IMG/VR virus record: IMGVR_UViG_2887198475_000005
Location: 4,425-68,424 of that record
Strand: one strand, 5' to 3'
DNA length: 64,000 bases
Origin: a virus
Taxonomy: Duplodnaviria > Caudoviricetes
Position 1 is the stretch's first letter. Every line of letters starts with the position of its first letter. A model generated the notes under the pieces. That model worked only from the letters and a program-made list of their open reading frames with translations, had not been told where the DNA came from and did not search any database. Below, in pieces: positions 35,141 to 44,923 of the stretch. The position numbers and the translations under genes were made by a program.

Positions 35141-36136
35141 ATGAACCAGAACATCGCGGACCTCCAGGTCTCGCTGATGCAGGACAGCCAGCGCGCGCTG
35201 GCGTTCCTGATCCCGCAGCTCGCGACCATCGAGCGCGAGGTCTACCGGATCCGCTATCCGCACATCCGTTACCACGAGCTCATCCCCGTGGTCACGGAAG
35301 GCAACGAGTGGGCGCCGAGCGTCACCTACTTCAGCCTCGACGGCGTCGGCACCGCGCAGTGGATCAACGGGAAGGCGCGCGATATCCCGCACACCGACCT
35401 CAAGCGCGACATCTTCCAGGCTCCCGTCAACATGGCGGGCATCGGCTACAGGTACAACCTCGAGGAAATCGCTCAGGCCGCCGTGCTTGGAATCTCGCTC
35501 AACAGCGAGAAGGCGAGCGTGGCCCGCCGGATTTCCGAGGAGTTCATCGACCAGGCGGCGCTGTTCGGCGATGCCGAGAAGGGCTACACCGGGCTGCTCA
35601 ACTGCCCGCTGGTCACCGCCAGCCCGGCCTCTGCCGTCGGCACGCAGAACGGGGCGGTTGCGGGCAGCGCGGCGAGCATCCTGTGGGCGAACAAGACGCC
35701 CGACCAGATCATGGCGGACCTCCGCAATCTGTTCGTCGGCATCTTCCAGGGGACGCAGACCGTCGAGCTGCCGGATACCTGCCTGCTCCCGGTGCTGGCA
35801 TACCAGATGATCGCCGCGGTCCGTGTTTCGGAACTCGCCCAGATGACCATCCTGGAGTGGTTCCAGAAGCACAACCCTTACACCGCGGAGACCGGGCGCC
35901 CGCTGACCATCCGGCAGGTGCGCGGGCTGGACACGGCGGGCGCGGGCGGCACGGGGCGGATCGTCGCCTACCGGAAGGCCCCGGACGTGGTGAAGCTTCA
36001 CATGCCGATGCCGCACCGCTTCCTGCCCGTCTGGCAGGTGGGCCCCATGGAGTTCGAGATTCCGGGCGTCTTCCGCTTCGGCGGCACGGACGTTCGCCTG
36101 CCCAAGGCCATCGGGTATCTCGACGGCGTGTGCTGA
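35141..36136 (+). CDS. Major capsid protein (DUF2184-like)
   Basis: GIGYRYNLEEI, FGDAEKGYTGLLN, WANKTPDQIMAD, RFGG...RLPKAIGYLDG. Confidence 0.9.
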   Translation: MNQNIADLQVSLMQDSQRALAFLIPQLATIEREVYRIRYPHIRYHELIPVVTEGNEWAPSVTYFSLDGVGTAQWINGKARDIPHTDLKRDIFQAPVNMAGIGYRYNLEEIAQAAVLGISLNSEKASVARRISEEFIDQAALFGDAEKGYTGLLNCPLVTASPASAVGTQNGAVAGSAASILWANKTPDQIMADLRNLFVGIFQGTQTVELPDTCLLPVLAYQMIAAVRVSELAQMTILEWFQKHNPYTAETGRPLTIRQVRGLDTAGAGGTGRIVAYRKAPDVVKLHMPMPHRFLPVWQVGPMEFEIPGVFRFGGTDVRLPKAIGYLDGVC

Positions 36137-36138
36137 CC

Positions 36139-36513
36139 ATGGCCACGGTCAGCAACAAGGCGCGAGGGGCGCGCGTCTTCAACGTTGTCGGCGGCCAGTC
36201 CGTGGTCGTCGCACCGGGGGAGACGCGCACTTTCGTTCTCGCCGACCCGCAGCACCCGGTCTATGCGGCCTGGGTGAAGGCGGGCGACGTCGAGATCGAG
36301 TTCGACCCCGAGGTTCCGGCGGTCGCGCCTGCGGCTGCCCCAGCGCCTGGACAGGAACCTACCAAGCGTGGGCGTGCACGAGCGTCCGAACAGGCCGTCG
36401 CCGAGGCTATCGCCGCCACACCGGCGGTGGTAGCCGCCCCGCCACAGTCGGCGGCGACGGTCACGCAGGCCGCCTCTGCCGTTGCGGCAATCGCACCGCA
36501 AATCCAGGGGTGA
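36139..36513 (+). CDS. Hypothetical virion-associated protein
   Basis: ATG 2 bp after the capsid stop. Confidence 0.65.
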   Translation: MATVSNKARGARVFNVVGGQSVVVAPGETRTFVLADPQHPVYAAWVKAGDVEIEFDPEVPAVAPAAAPAPGQEPTKRGRARASEQAVAEAIAATPAVVAAPPQSAATVTQAASAVAAIAPQIQG

Positions 36514-36519
36514 CCCGAC

Positions 36520-36900
36520 ATGTCCGGTTCGACCACCGCCACAGGCGGCACGCCATTCACGCCCGCCGAGGTGGTGGCGATCCGGCGCTATTGCGGATAC
36601 GGGCCACCCAGGCAGGGCGTGACCGACACTGTGTCGGCGGCGCTCGCCAGCCTGACGGGCGATTACATCGACGTTGTGCGGTCTGTGTATCTTGCTGTCC
36701 TCCCTCAGCTGGAGGCGGACGTGCCCGCCATGCGCACCAAGGTTGGCACCAAGAAGGCCGCCGTTTGGGAACGAAACGAACGAGAGATGGAGGAGAGGCG
36801 CTTCCTTTATCGGGAGAAGCGCCTTCAGCTCTGCTGGACACTCGGGATCGAGAGTGGCCCGTTCCTGGAAGTTTACATCCCGGGGGCGTTTATCGTTTGA
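36520..36900 (+). CDS. Putative head-tail adaptor
   Basis: Position; IRRYCGY motif. Confidence 0.65.
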   Translation: MSGSTTATGGTPFTPAEVVAIRRYCGYGPPRQGVTDTVSAALASLTGDYIDVVRSVYLAVLPQLEADVPAMRTKVGTKKAAVWERNEREMEERRFLYREKRLQLCWTLGIESGPFLEVYIPGAFIV

Positions 36901-36902
36901 AG

Positions 36903-37118
36903 TTACGGCTGCCTCTTTTTTCTGAAAACGCCAGTCCATTCCTCATTCGGTCCCTCCGAGAGACCGCGCAATTCCCATTCGCTTTCGCCCAGACCATCAG
37001 TGACAATTTTGCGCAGCCGCTTCATTTCCTCGGTTTCGGTAGGGTTGTTAAAGATGAGGGGCGTCTCGGTGCCGTCTGCGTTTCGTGCCATTCCAAACCT
37101 ATTTGCTTTCTTGTGCAA
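36903..37118 (-). CDS. Small antisense moron-like ORF (start may be 37091)
   Basis: Lower-GC insert oriented against the late operon. Confidence 0.45.
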   Translation of the reverse strand: MHKKANRFGMARNADGTETPLIFNNPTETEEMKRLRKIVTDGLGESEWELRGLSEGPNEEWTGVFRKKRQP

Positions 37119-37167
37119 TCACCGCCGTTAGGTAGAGGCGTGTCTGCCAAGCTTCAAGGACCAAGCA

Positions 37168-37827
37168 ATGAGCGGCACCCTCTATGAAGAAATCCAGTCC
37201 GCCATTTGGCAGGGCCTGGGGGCGGCCGCCGATGTTCTGGGGGAGGGCTATTCCCTGTTCAGGCCCCATGGCGTGGCCAACCCGGTAGCGCCAGGGAGCC
37301 AGATCGACACGGTAAACGTGCGGTTTGATGCCAAGCCCGCCTATGCATTTTCAGCGCCGAATCTTTACGGGAAAGCCATCTGGTATTTGCTCGGCGACGC
37401 GTCGGGAATGGCGGTCGGAGACTACCTGGTTGGATCACAGGGTACGTTCTTTCTGGTAGCGAAGCAGCCCTTGGAAAGTCCGGTGGTAGTTGAGTGCAAC
37501 GCCGTGGTGTCGGTCGTCCGCCCCGCCAAGGAGCGCCGCCCAGGCTTGCAGTCCAACTACATGACGGATGCCAAGGCGGACGAGCAGCTGCTGATGACCT
37601 CTTGGCCATGCAGCCTGTTGCTCGGCTCGAAGGGGGAAAGGCCCGCCAGCGGGATCCAGGGGGAGACCCGCCAGCCCTGGTATGTGGTCCTGCTCCCCGC
37701 TCCCGATGGCGTCGACCTTGTCACCAACGATTTGCTCGTGGACGCCGCAGGCCGCAGGTTGACCATCTCCGCGGTCGAACTCACCGACCTGGGCTATCGC
37801 CTCACCGCAGAGCAATCCGCCGCCTGA
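37168..37827 (+). CDS. Putative head closure/neck protein
   Basis: Position; ISAVELTDLGYRL C-terminus. Confidence 0.65.
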   Translation: MSGTLYEEIQSAIWQGLGAAADVLGEGYSLFRPHGVANPVAPGSQIDTVNVRFDAKPAYAFSAPNLYGKAIWYLLGDASGMAVGDYLVGSQGTFFLVAKQPLESPVVVECNAVVSVVRPAKERRPGLQSNYMTDAKADEQLLMTSWPCSLLLGSKGERPASGIQGETRQPWYVVLLPAPDGVDLVTNDLLVDAAGRRLTISAVELTDLGYRLTAEQSAA

Positions 37828-37845
37828 AGGTGGCCGGGGGAAGCC

Positions 37846-38652
37846 ATGGCCGATCTGGTCGACGTCGAGATGGCGCTGGCGGCCATGATCACCGAAGCGG
37901 TCTACCCGAACGGCATGGACGCGCCGTCGGTGACCGGGAAGGACATCTACATCGGTCGCGGCTGGCCCGTTTCTCAGGAGGTCAACCCGGGGCTGCGGGA
38001 AGACAAGGCCGAGGTGACGGTTTATCCCCTGCCCGACATGGCATCGCTGACCACGCGCTTCGAGCGCGTGTGGAAGCCGGTGGCCAGGCAAGCGCCACCG
38101 CTCCATGCGGTCGTCGAGGGTTCAACGGCCAGCCTGTTGGGCTCTTCGACGCCGGGGCTGCTCGTCGGTGCCCGGGCGCGAGGTGCCGCCTACGTGGTCA
38201 AAGCCGCCGCCGGCGACACCCCTGCGTCCCTCGCTGCATCGCTGGCCGCACTGGCGCCGGGTGCCACGGCGACAGGGGCCACGATTGCATTCCAGTCGTC
38301 CGACGACCTGGCGGTGCGCGTCGGCATGCCGCAGGTCGCCACGCTCGAGAGGCGCAGGCAGCGGCAGGCGTTCCAGCTGTCCGTATGGGCTCCGTCGCCG
38401 GAAGCGCGCGACGCCATCGGGCGAGCCATCGATGGGCATCTCGACGACCAGGATTTCCTGCCGCTGCCGGGCGGCACGAGCGGGCGGCTGCTCTACGGCG
38501 GCACGTCGGCCGATGACAGGGCGATGAAGGCGTCGCTCTGGATCCGGCACTTCCGGCTGACGGTGGACTACCCCTCCGTGCAGACCAAGAGCTTCCAGCA
38601 GGCCCTCTTCCCCGAGGTCGCCGTCAACTCGGCTCCCCCGCTCATCCCGTAG
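37846..38652 (+). CDS. Putative tail completion/terminator protein
   Basis: Position before the sheath; IYIGRGWP and LTVDYP motifs. Confidence 0.65.
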   Translation: MADLVDVEMALAAMITEAVYPNGMDAPSVTGKDIYIGRGWPVSQEVNPGLREDKAEVTVYPLPDMASLTTRFERVWKPVARQAPPLHAVVEGSTASLLGSSTPGLLVGARARGAAYVVKAAAGDTPASLAASLAALAPGATATGATIAFQSSDDLAVRVGMPQVATLERRRQRQAFQLSVWAPSPEARDAIGRAIDGHLDDQDFLPLPGGTSGRLLYGGTSADDRAMKASLWIRHFRLTVDYPSVQTKSFQQALFPEVAVNSAPPLIP

Positions 38653-38720
38653 CGACCCCGAGCCGCATCCGCCACCGCCATCAGCATCATCCGCCCGCCC
38701 TGGGCGAGTGAGGAACCGAC

Positions 38721-40268
38721 ATGCCCCAGGTTGTCGACTACGGCACGCTGAACACGACCGCGCTCTACGTGGCCGACAGCTACGTGCAGGTCATCAAGCC
38801 CCAGAATGCCCCGGTCAACGGCGTGCCCACCGGGCGCCTCGGCATCGTGGGCACCGCGTCGTATGGCCCGGTTGGTGAACCAGTGGCGGTGTCCACCCTG
38901 TCCGATTTCGAGGCGGTCTTCGGGCGCCTTGTCGCCCGCAAGCACGACCTCGGAACCGTCGTTGCGACGGCCGCCCAGCAAGGCGCGAATGACATCGTAT
39001 GCACCCGCGTGACCGATGGCACCGACAAGGCGGCATCAGGCGTGCTTGGCGGCTTGACGCTGACGGCGGCGTACACCGGCACGACTGGCAACAAGACGGT
39101 CGCGACGCTGACCACGGGCTCCAGGGCTGGCACCTGGGCGATCGTCATCGGCCTGCCTGGCGTCGACACCGAGCGCTTCGACAACCTCAGCGGCACGGGG
39201 GCGGCTTTCTGGGCCGCCGCGGCGGCGGCCATCAACAACGGCACCGACCTGTCGCGTGGGCCGTCGCACCTGGTGACGGCCGTCGCGGGCCCGGGCACGG
39301 ATGCCCCTGCAGCGGCGAGCGTCACCCTGTCCGGCGGCACAGACGGCGCGGACGGTGTGACGTCGCAGACGCTGGTCGGCGAGGACGGCGAGACGCGGAC
39401 CGGCATGTATGCGCTGCGCGGGGTGGGCTGCGGCATCGCCACCCTGGCGGACGCCGACGACAGTACCCAGTGGCCGTCGCAGGTGGCCTTCGGGCAGTCC
39501 GAGCGGGTCTACATGGTCCTGGTGACTCCGGCGGGCGATACCGTCGCGAATGCCATCGCGGCCAAGGCGGCCATCGGCATCGACAGCGTGCACTCCAAGA
39601 TGCTGCTTGGCGACTACATTTGGTGGTCGGACAGCGTGAACAACACGGTCCGCCTGGTCAGCCCGCAAGGATTCGCGGCCGGGCGCCTGGCCAACCTGGC
39701 CCCGAACCGCTCGTCCCTGAACCAGCCGCTGGCCGCTGTCATTGGCTCCCAGCGGTCCGGGACCGCCAACTCGGCCCGCAGGGCAACCTACAGCTACGCC
39801 GAGATCCAGAAGCTGGTCCAGGCTGGCATCGATGTCATCTGCAACCCGGTCCCGGGCGGCAGCTACTGGGCCTGCCGGACAGGCCACAACACGTCGTCAA
39901 CGGCCGCGATCAACGGCGACAACTACACGCGGATGACCAACTACCTGGCGCTGACCCTGGCGGCGGCGGCGGGCGCGTATGTCGGCGAACCCGCCACGCC
40001 GGACCTCTTCCGCAACTGGGCTTCCACCACGTTGTCGTTCCTGGAAGCGCTGCTGCAGCAGGGCATCCTGTCCCTCCGCTCGGACGGCTCCCGTCCGTTC
40101 GCCGTGGTCTGTGACGCCAGCAACAACCCGGAGGACCGCGTCGGGCTTGGCTACGTCCAGCAGGACGTCTCGGCCAGGTACACGGCCATCGCCGAGAAGT
40201 TCATCACGAACCTCGAGGGCGGCCAGACGGTCTCGGTCGCCAAGCTCCCGAACCGGTTCGGTGTCTGA
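38721..40268 (+). CDS. Contractile tail sheath protein
   Basis: GIVGTASYGPVGEP, RVTDG, LSGGTDG, VVCDASNNP. Confidence 0.92.
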   Translation: MPQVVDYGTLNTTALYVADSYVQVIKPQNAPVNGVPTGRLGIVGTASYGPVGEPVAVSTLSDFEAVFGRLVARKHDLGTVVATAAQQGANDIVCTRVTDGTDKAASGVLGGLTLTAAYTGTTGNKTVATLTTGSRAGTWAIVIGLPGVDTERFDNLSGTGAAFWAAAAAAINNGTDLSRGPSHLVTAVAGPGTDAPAAASVTLSGGTDGADGVTSQTLVGEDGETRTGMYALRGVGCGIATLADADDSTQWPSQVAFGQSERVYMVLVTPAGDTVANAIAAKAAIGIDSVHSKMLLGDYIWWSDSVNNTVRLVSPQGFAAGRLANLAPNRSSLNQPLAAVIGSQRSGTANSARRATYSYAEIQKLVQAGIDVICNPVPGGSYWACRTGHNTSSTAAINGDNYTRMTNYLALTLAAAAGAYVGEPATPDLFRNWASTTLSFLEALLQQGILSLRSDGSRPFAVVCDASNNPEDRVGLGYVQQDVSARYTAIAEKFITNLEGGQTVSVAKLPNRFGV

Positions 40269-40319
40269 CGCAACGGACGGCGGCCGCGACAGGCCGCCGC
40301 CATTCATCACGAGGATGAC

Positions 40320-40760
40320 ATGGCCGATTACAACGACAGCTTCGACCTCGGCCACCAAAGCCGGGTGGTGATCCGCGGGGATTGGGGCGACCTCACGGTC
40401 CCGAACGTGACCGACTTCACGGCGGACCCCGTGATCGACAAGCCGCGCGTCAAGCGGCTTGAGGGATCCCCCATCGAGAAGCACGTGCCCATGGGTTTCG
40501 AGGGCACCATCACGTATTCCCGCCGGGGGTCCGCGTCCGACGACTGGTGGGCATTCATCACCTCTGGCTGGTGGGCCAACGGTGTGCTGCGCAACCGGGC
40601 ATCCATCTTCCAGTACGTGACCGAGGAGGACGGGAAGGAGTCCGTCTTCCAGTTCCCGAATGCCGCGATCTCCCTGGGCAAGTCCGGTAGCTGGAAGCCG
40701 TCCAGCGAGGTCGAGCAACGCATTGACTTCTTCGCCGGCGACAAGATCAAGGTCCGCTGA
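40320..40760 (+). CDS. Tail tube protein
   Basis: 146 aa, beta-rich, directly after the sheath. Confidence 0.8.
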   Translation: MADYNDSFDLGHQSRVVIRGDWGDLTVPNVTDFTADPVIDKPRVKRLEGSPIEKHVPMGFEGTITYSRRGSASDDWWAFITSGWWANGVLRNRASIFQYVTEEDGKESVFQFPNAAISLGKSGSWKPSSEVEQRIDFFAGDKIKVR

Positions 40761-40765
40761 GGAGC

Positions 40766-41119
40766 ATGGCCATGGCCGAAGTCATCACGGATGCCAAGGG
40801 GCGCAAGCTGACCCTGCGGCCGATCAACGCCCTTGCCCAGCTCCGCCTGTTCAAGGCCATGGGGCCGGAAGGCAGTGACAACCCCAAGTACTGTCTGATG
40901 GCCGAATGCGCCGCGATGGTCGCCGACATCGATGGTGTGCCCAACCCGCTCCCGCGCACCGAGGGCGAGCTTGAGCGCGCGATCGATGCCCTCGACACGC
41001 CGGGTGTCGCGGCCGTGATGGTCTACCGCGCGCAGAAAATCCTGGAAACGCGGGAGGCTGCCGAGCAGGCGGTTCAGGAGACCAAAGAAGGCCCTTTGGC
41101 CATATCAGGCGCATCGTAG
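40766..41119 (+). CDS. Tail assembly chaperone (gpG-like)
   Basis: Follows the tube gene; slippery site C CCT TTG near the 3' end. Confidence 0.75.
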   Translation: MAMAEVITDAKGRKLTLRPINALAQLRLFKAMGPEGSDNPKYCLMAECAAMVADIDGVPNPLPRTEGELERAIDALDTPGVAAVMVYRAQKILETREAAEQAVQETKEGPLAISGAS

Positions 41120-41316
41120 AAGACCCCGTCATCTACCGCGCGCTGTGGCTCATCAAGAACGGATTCGGTCCCCATCAGGCATTCGGCGTCCCAAGGTCCG
41201 AGTTCGAAGATTACGCGTTCGATGAGGACGAGCGAACAGCCTTCGCCATCGGCTTCGGAATCATTGACGGGAATGAGTTTGACTGGAAGCGTGGCCGCTG
41301 GAAGGAGAAGAAGTAA
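41092..41316 (+). CDS. Minus-1 frameshift extension of the tail chaperone (gpGT-like)
   Basis: X XXY YYZ heptamer CCCTTTG at 41092-41098; the -1 frame reads ...RIVEDPVIYRALWLIKNG...FDWKRGRWKEKK to TAA 41316 and has no ATG. Confidence 0.75.
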   Translation, partial: PFGHIRRIVEDPVIYRALWLIKNGFGPHQAFGVPRSEFEDYAFDEDERTAFAIGFGIIDGNEFDWKRGRWKEKK

Positions 41317-41774
41317 TGCGAACCTTCCGCGACATGGATTCCTTCGTCAAGCAGTTCTCCAGCGTGCCCAGGCGGGTGACGACAGCTCAGGCCAGGGCGT
41401 TGGATCGTTGCGCCCGCTTGCTCGAAAAAGACATCAAGGGCCAGTTCGGGCACTACCAGCCATCAATTGGCGAACTCCTGGCATGGAAGCCGCTGGCTGA
41501 GGCGACGATGGAAGAACGGAAGGCTCGCGGGTATGCACCCAACGAGCCCCTCCTGGCCGGGGGCGAATTGCGCGACAGCGTGTCGCATCAATCTGACGCA
41601 AGCCGTGCCATTGTGGGCAGCACTCTCGAGTATGCGAGATGGATTGAAAACGGGACGTTTCGCACCCCGCCAAGGCCGACATTCGGCCGCACCGCCATCG
41701 GCAAGGCGAAGGATGTTGCGAAAATAATCGGTGACGCCACGACCAAGGAAATTGGCGGGGACAGGCAGTTATGA
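41316..41774 (+). CDS. Virion morphogenesis protein (HK97 gp10 / Mu gpG-like)
   Basis: WKPLAEAT, GELRDSV, VGSTLEYARWIENGT..TPPRP. Confidence 0.75.
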   Translation: MRTFRDMDSFVKQFSSVPRRVTTAQARALDRCARLLEKDIKGQFGHYQPSIGELLAWKPLAEATMEERKARGYAPNEPLLAGGELRDSVSHQSDASRAIVGSTLEYARWIENGTFRTPPRPTFGRTAIGKAKDVAKIIGDATTKEIGGDRQL

Positions 41775-43864
41775 TTGATGTCTCCTCCTACAAAATCGCC
41801 GTCGACATCGCGATAAACAACAATGTGCAGGCGAACCTAAGCCAGATCATCAACAGGTTCCAAACCGTCAACATGCACATCAAGGGTGCCAATGCATCCT
41901 TGGGCCAGACAACCTCGCAGGTGACGCGCCTGCGCTCGTCGGTCGACTCGCTTGCCAGCGCCTTCCGGGGCGTGCATTCGGCCATCAGGGCAACGGGCGA
42001 CGGCCTTGCCGCCCTGGGCGGTCTGGCGGCCGCGCAGAGTGCTGCCGCCGAGGTCATGCACGCCGCCGGCGAGCAGCGGCGCGCCATGATTGGCCTGTCG
42101 CTCGGCAGCCTGTCGAAGCCAGAGATTGAAGACGTGCGCCAGCTCGCGCGCGACATCGTCCGCAACGGCCGGGGCGACAGCACCGTTGCCGGTACCATGG
42201 AGACGGTGTCGGCTGCCTTCGGCGCGACGCGCGACCTGACGGCCGCCCGCGCGCTGGCGCCCGGCCTGCTTGACCTGACCACGACGGCCCAGGTGTCCGG
42301 TGTCCGCACGAGCCCCGAATACAGCCTCAACGCCATGCGCTGGGTCGACAAGACCGGGCGCCTGTTCAATCCCGACCACACGGTCAATCTGCACGGGGCG
42401 CTCGAGGAGCTGCAGGGCATCCAGATCGCCACGGCCCTCTCGCACGGGCAGGTCAACGCGACCACCCTGAACATGGGCGGTGCCATCCTTGGTGCAGCGA
42501 CGCTCAAGGACATGAATTGGGAAGCCCGCTACGGGTGGATGCCCGAGTTCCTGAACGCCATGAGCGCGGGGGGGCAGGGCAGTCGCGGCGCCACGTCGTT
42601 GCAGGCAATCGTGCGGCAGCTCGGCAGCGGCCGTGGCATCTCGCAGGTGTCCATGCGCGAGATGATTCGCAACGGCTGGATCAACACGGACGCGCACGGC
42701 AACGCGGTAGGCGTGACGCGCAACAAGGGCGGCGGCTTCGACGTCGACCCGGCAAAGGCGTTCAAGGACTACGCGGCGTTCCGGCAGAACGAGTTCAAAT
42801 GGCTGGACGAGCACCTTCGGAGCGCCTCCGGTCGGCGCGGCATCTCGGCGACTGATGTCGCCCAGCGCACCTTCGGCACGTCGACCGGGCAGCGCGGCGC
42901 CGCGGAAATCGTCGTCATCTTCGAAGCCATGCGCCGCTTCGCGGAATCCGCGATGCGGGAGAAAGCCACCCACACTCCATCCGACCGGGCGGCCGAGGTC
43001 AGGCAGGGGGACTGGCAGAACAACGTCACGCAGCTCCTGAACGCGCTGACGGACCTCAAAGCCAACCTCGGCGATGCAATGATGGACGATGCCATCAGGC
43101 ACATGCGCGCCCTCACGGAGAGCGTCCGCGGGTTCGCCGATTACGTGACGAAAAACAAGGACGATGTCCGGGCGATCACCGAGAACCTCCTTGGCGCCGC
43201 CGGGCTGGCCGCGATCATCGGGCTGACGAGCAGGCTCGGGCTGCTGGCCAGAGCCTTCTGGCCCTTCGCGGTGGGCGAGGCGGCCATGAAGGCACTGGAG
43301 TACCTGACCGGAGAGAAGGGCTTCAAGGCCATCGAGGTGGCAATCCAGCGGCTTGCCGACGTCTGGAAGAGGCTGCCCGAGATGCCGGGCTGGATGCGGT
43401 CCAGCTACACGGCTTCCGAACTGGAGGATGCCAACAGGCAGTTCCGCTCCGATGTCGATGGCAGGACGCCCGCCGTTCCTGACAGTGCTGCCGAATACCA
43501 GCGCGAGGCCGACAGGCTCTTGCGGGAGCGCCGGAAGCGCTGGGGTGGCACAAGTCGACCGGGTGGCGCGCCGGACCGTCCGCCGTCTCTCGATGAAATG
43601 CTCAAGGGCATGGGGCTGACGTTGCCCCAGAACTCGACCCCGGTCCCCGGGGGTGGCGGCGCAGTCATCCCGCAGAGCTACGTGCCGCCCGCATCCCGGC
43701 AGGATGTCGTCGTCCAGAACATCACCTACCTGGACGGCGACGTGGTTTACCGCTCGGTCACGCGACGGCTCGACAAGGCCGCCCGGCGGCCGAGCGCGGG
43801 CTACAGCGGGCCTGACACGCGCATGGTTCCCGTGCAGCCAGGCGCGATGCCCATGAGCGTCTGA
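41771..43864 (+). CDS. Tape measure protein
   Basis: 697 aa, Ala/Gly-rich and helical, hydrophobic segment, canonical position. Confidence 0.8.
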   Translation: MIDVSSYKIAVDIAINNNVQANLSQIINRFQTVNMHIKGANASLGQTTSQVTRLRSSVDSLASAFRGVHSAIRATGDGLAALGGLAAAQSAAAEVMHAAGEQRRAMIGLSLGSLSKPEIEDVRQLARDIVRNGRGDSTVAGTMETVSAAFGATRDLTAARALAPGLLDLTTTAQVSGVRTSPEYSLNAMRWVDKTGRLFNPDHTVNLHGALEELQGIQIATALSHGQVNATTLNMGGAILGAATLKDMNWEARYGWMPEFLNAMSAGGQGSRGATSLQAIVRQLGSGRGISQVSMREMIRNGWINTDAHGNAVGVTRNKGGGFDVDPAKAFKDYAAFRQNEFKWLDEHLRSASGRRGISATDVAQRTFGTSTGQRGAAEIVVIFEAMRRFAESAMREKATHTPSDRAAEVRQGDWQNNVTQLLNALTDLKANLGDAMMDDAIRHMRALTESVRGFADYVTKNKDDVRAITENLLGAAGLAAIIGLTSRLGLLARAFWPFAVGEAAMKALEYLTGEKGFKAIEVAIQRLADVWKRLPEMPGWMRSSYTASELEDANRQFRSDVDGRTPAVPDSAAEYQREADRLLRERRKRWGGTSRPGGAPDRPPSLDEMLKGMGLTLPQNSTPVPGGGGAVIPQSYVPPASRQDVVVQNITYLDGDVVYRSVTRRLDKAARRPSAGYSGPDTRMVPVQPGAMPMSV

Positions 43865-43877
43865 CCGCGAGGAGGCT

Positions 43878-44714
43878 GTGATGGCTGGCATGATTGGTGG
43901 CCTGGCCATTGGCCTCGGCGTCACCGGGCTCCTGCAGACCGCCGTTGGCGGCGCCGACCTGACGATCGGCGGCGTCGGCCTGGGGCAGTTCGAGAGCCCG
44001 GAGTCCGTCGGGTTCGGCGGTGAGCAAAAGCTGGCGGTCCACGAGTTCGCCAACGGGGCGCGCGTGGTCGATGCCATGGGGGCGTCCGACAGGCCGATCG
44101 AGTTCTCCGGCACTCTCGAGAATGGCGGCGGATTGGTTGGCGGCGGCGCATCCGCGAAGGCCCGCCGCCTGGATGCCATGCGCATCGCCGGGAAAAGGGT
44201 TCCCCTCGTATGGGGCGACTACTACCGGGAGGTGGTCGTCCAGCGAGCCGAGTTCGACTACACGCTCGGCGGAGCCCTGATACCCTACCGGATCTCCTGC
44301 GTCGTCGTGCCAACGACCGCGCCAGAGACCCGTCCCAGCCTGCTGCAGCAGCTTGGCCGCGACCTCACCGACGCCCTGGGCATCACGGACACAATCGGCC
44401 CGGCGCTGGCCACCGCCCAGGGGCTGCTCACCACGGCCCAGGACCTCATGCCGGTTGTCGGCGTGATCACGGCGGGCAGCCCGACCTTTGGTGCCATCTC
44501 GTCAGCGGTCGGTCTCGCCAACGGAGCGGTCGGCGCTGGCCTGTCGCTGACCGACGCCACCTTTTCGGCAGCCGCCTCCACCGGGGAGGGGCTTCCTGCC
44601 GGGGCGTCCGGCCTGTCCACCCTGGCCAACATGGGCAAGAGCCTGGCGGGCTTCGCCGGGCTCTCCGGGCTCACCGGGCGCGCGGCGGCCAACGTCGCGA
44701 ATGCGGGGGCGTAA
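43878..44714 (+). CDS. Tail tube initiator / baseplate protein
   Basis: PESVGFGGEQKLAVH...G.RVVDAMG; position after the tape measure gene. Confidence 0.65.
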   Translation: MMAGMIGGLAIGLGVTGLLQTAVGGADLTIGGVGLGQFESPESVGFGGEQKLAVHEFANGARVVDAMGASDRPIEFSGTLENGGGLVGGGASAKARRLDAMRIAGKRVPLVWGDYYREVVVQRAEFDYTLGGALIPYRISCVVVPTTAPETRPSLLQQLGRDLTDALGITDTIGPALATAQGLLTTAQDLMPVVGVITAGSPTFGAISSAVGLANGAVGAGLSLTDATFSAAASTGEGLPAGASGLSTLANMGKSLAGFAGLSGLTGRAAANVANAGA

Positions 44715-44716
44715 CC

Positions 44717-44908
44717 ATGCCCAAGGTCATCACGGTCGCCGGGAAGACCCTGTGGGAGATCGCCGCCGACGAACTCGGCGACGCCACCCAGGCGATCCGG
44801 CTCGCAATACAGAACGGGATCTCCGACCCGTGGGATGAAAGTCTCAGGACGCTGACCATCCCCGATCCGGATCCCTCTTACAGCGGCGGCGGCCTGCCGC
44901 CCCAGTAG
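44717..44908 (+). CDS. Small LysM / tail-X-like baseplate protein
   Basis: TLWEIAADELGDA...IQNGISDP...LTIP. Confidence 0.75.
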   Translation: MPKVITVAGKTLWEIAADELGDATQAIRLAIQNGISDPWDESLRTLTIPDPDPSYSGGGLPPQ

Positions 44909-44923
44909 CCTTGGAGGCATGCC

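Noticed and set aside
41837-44185. 782-aa minus-strand ORF and similar long antisense ORFs (6375-7940, 15632-17146, 33346-34656, 59911-62088)
   Set aside because: Antisense shadows of well-supported genes, expected at this GC content.
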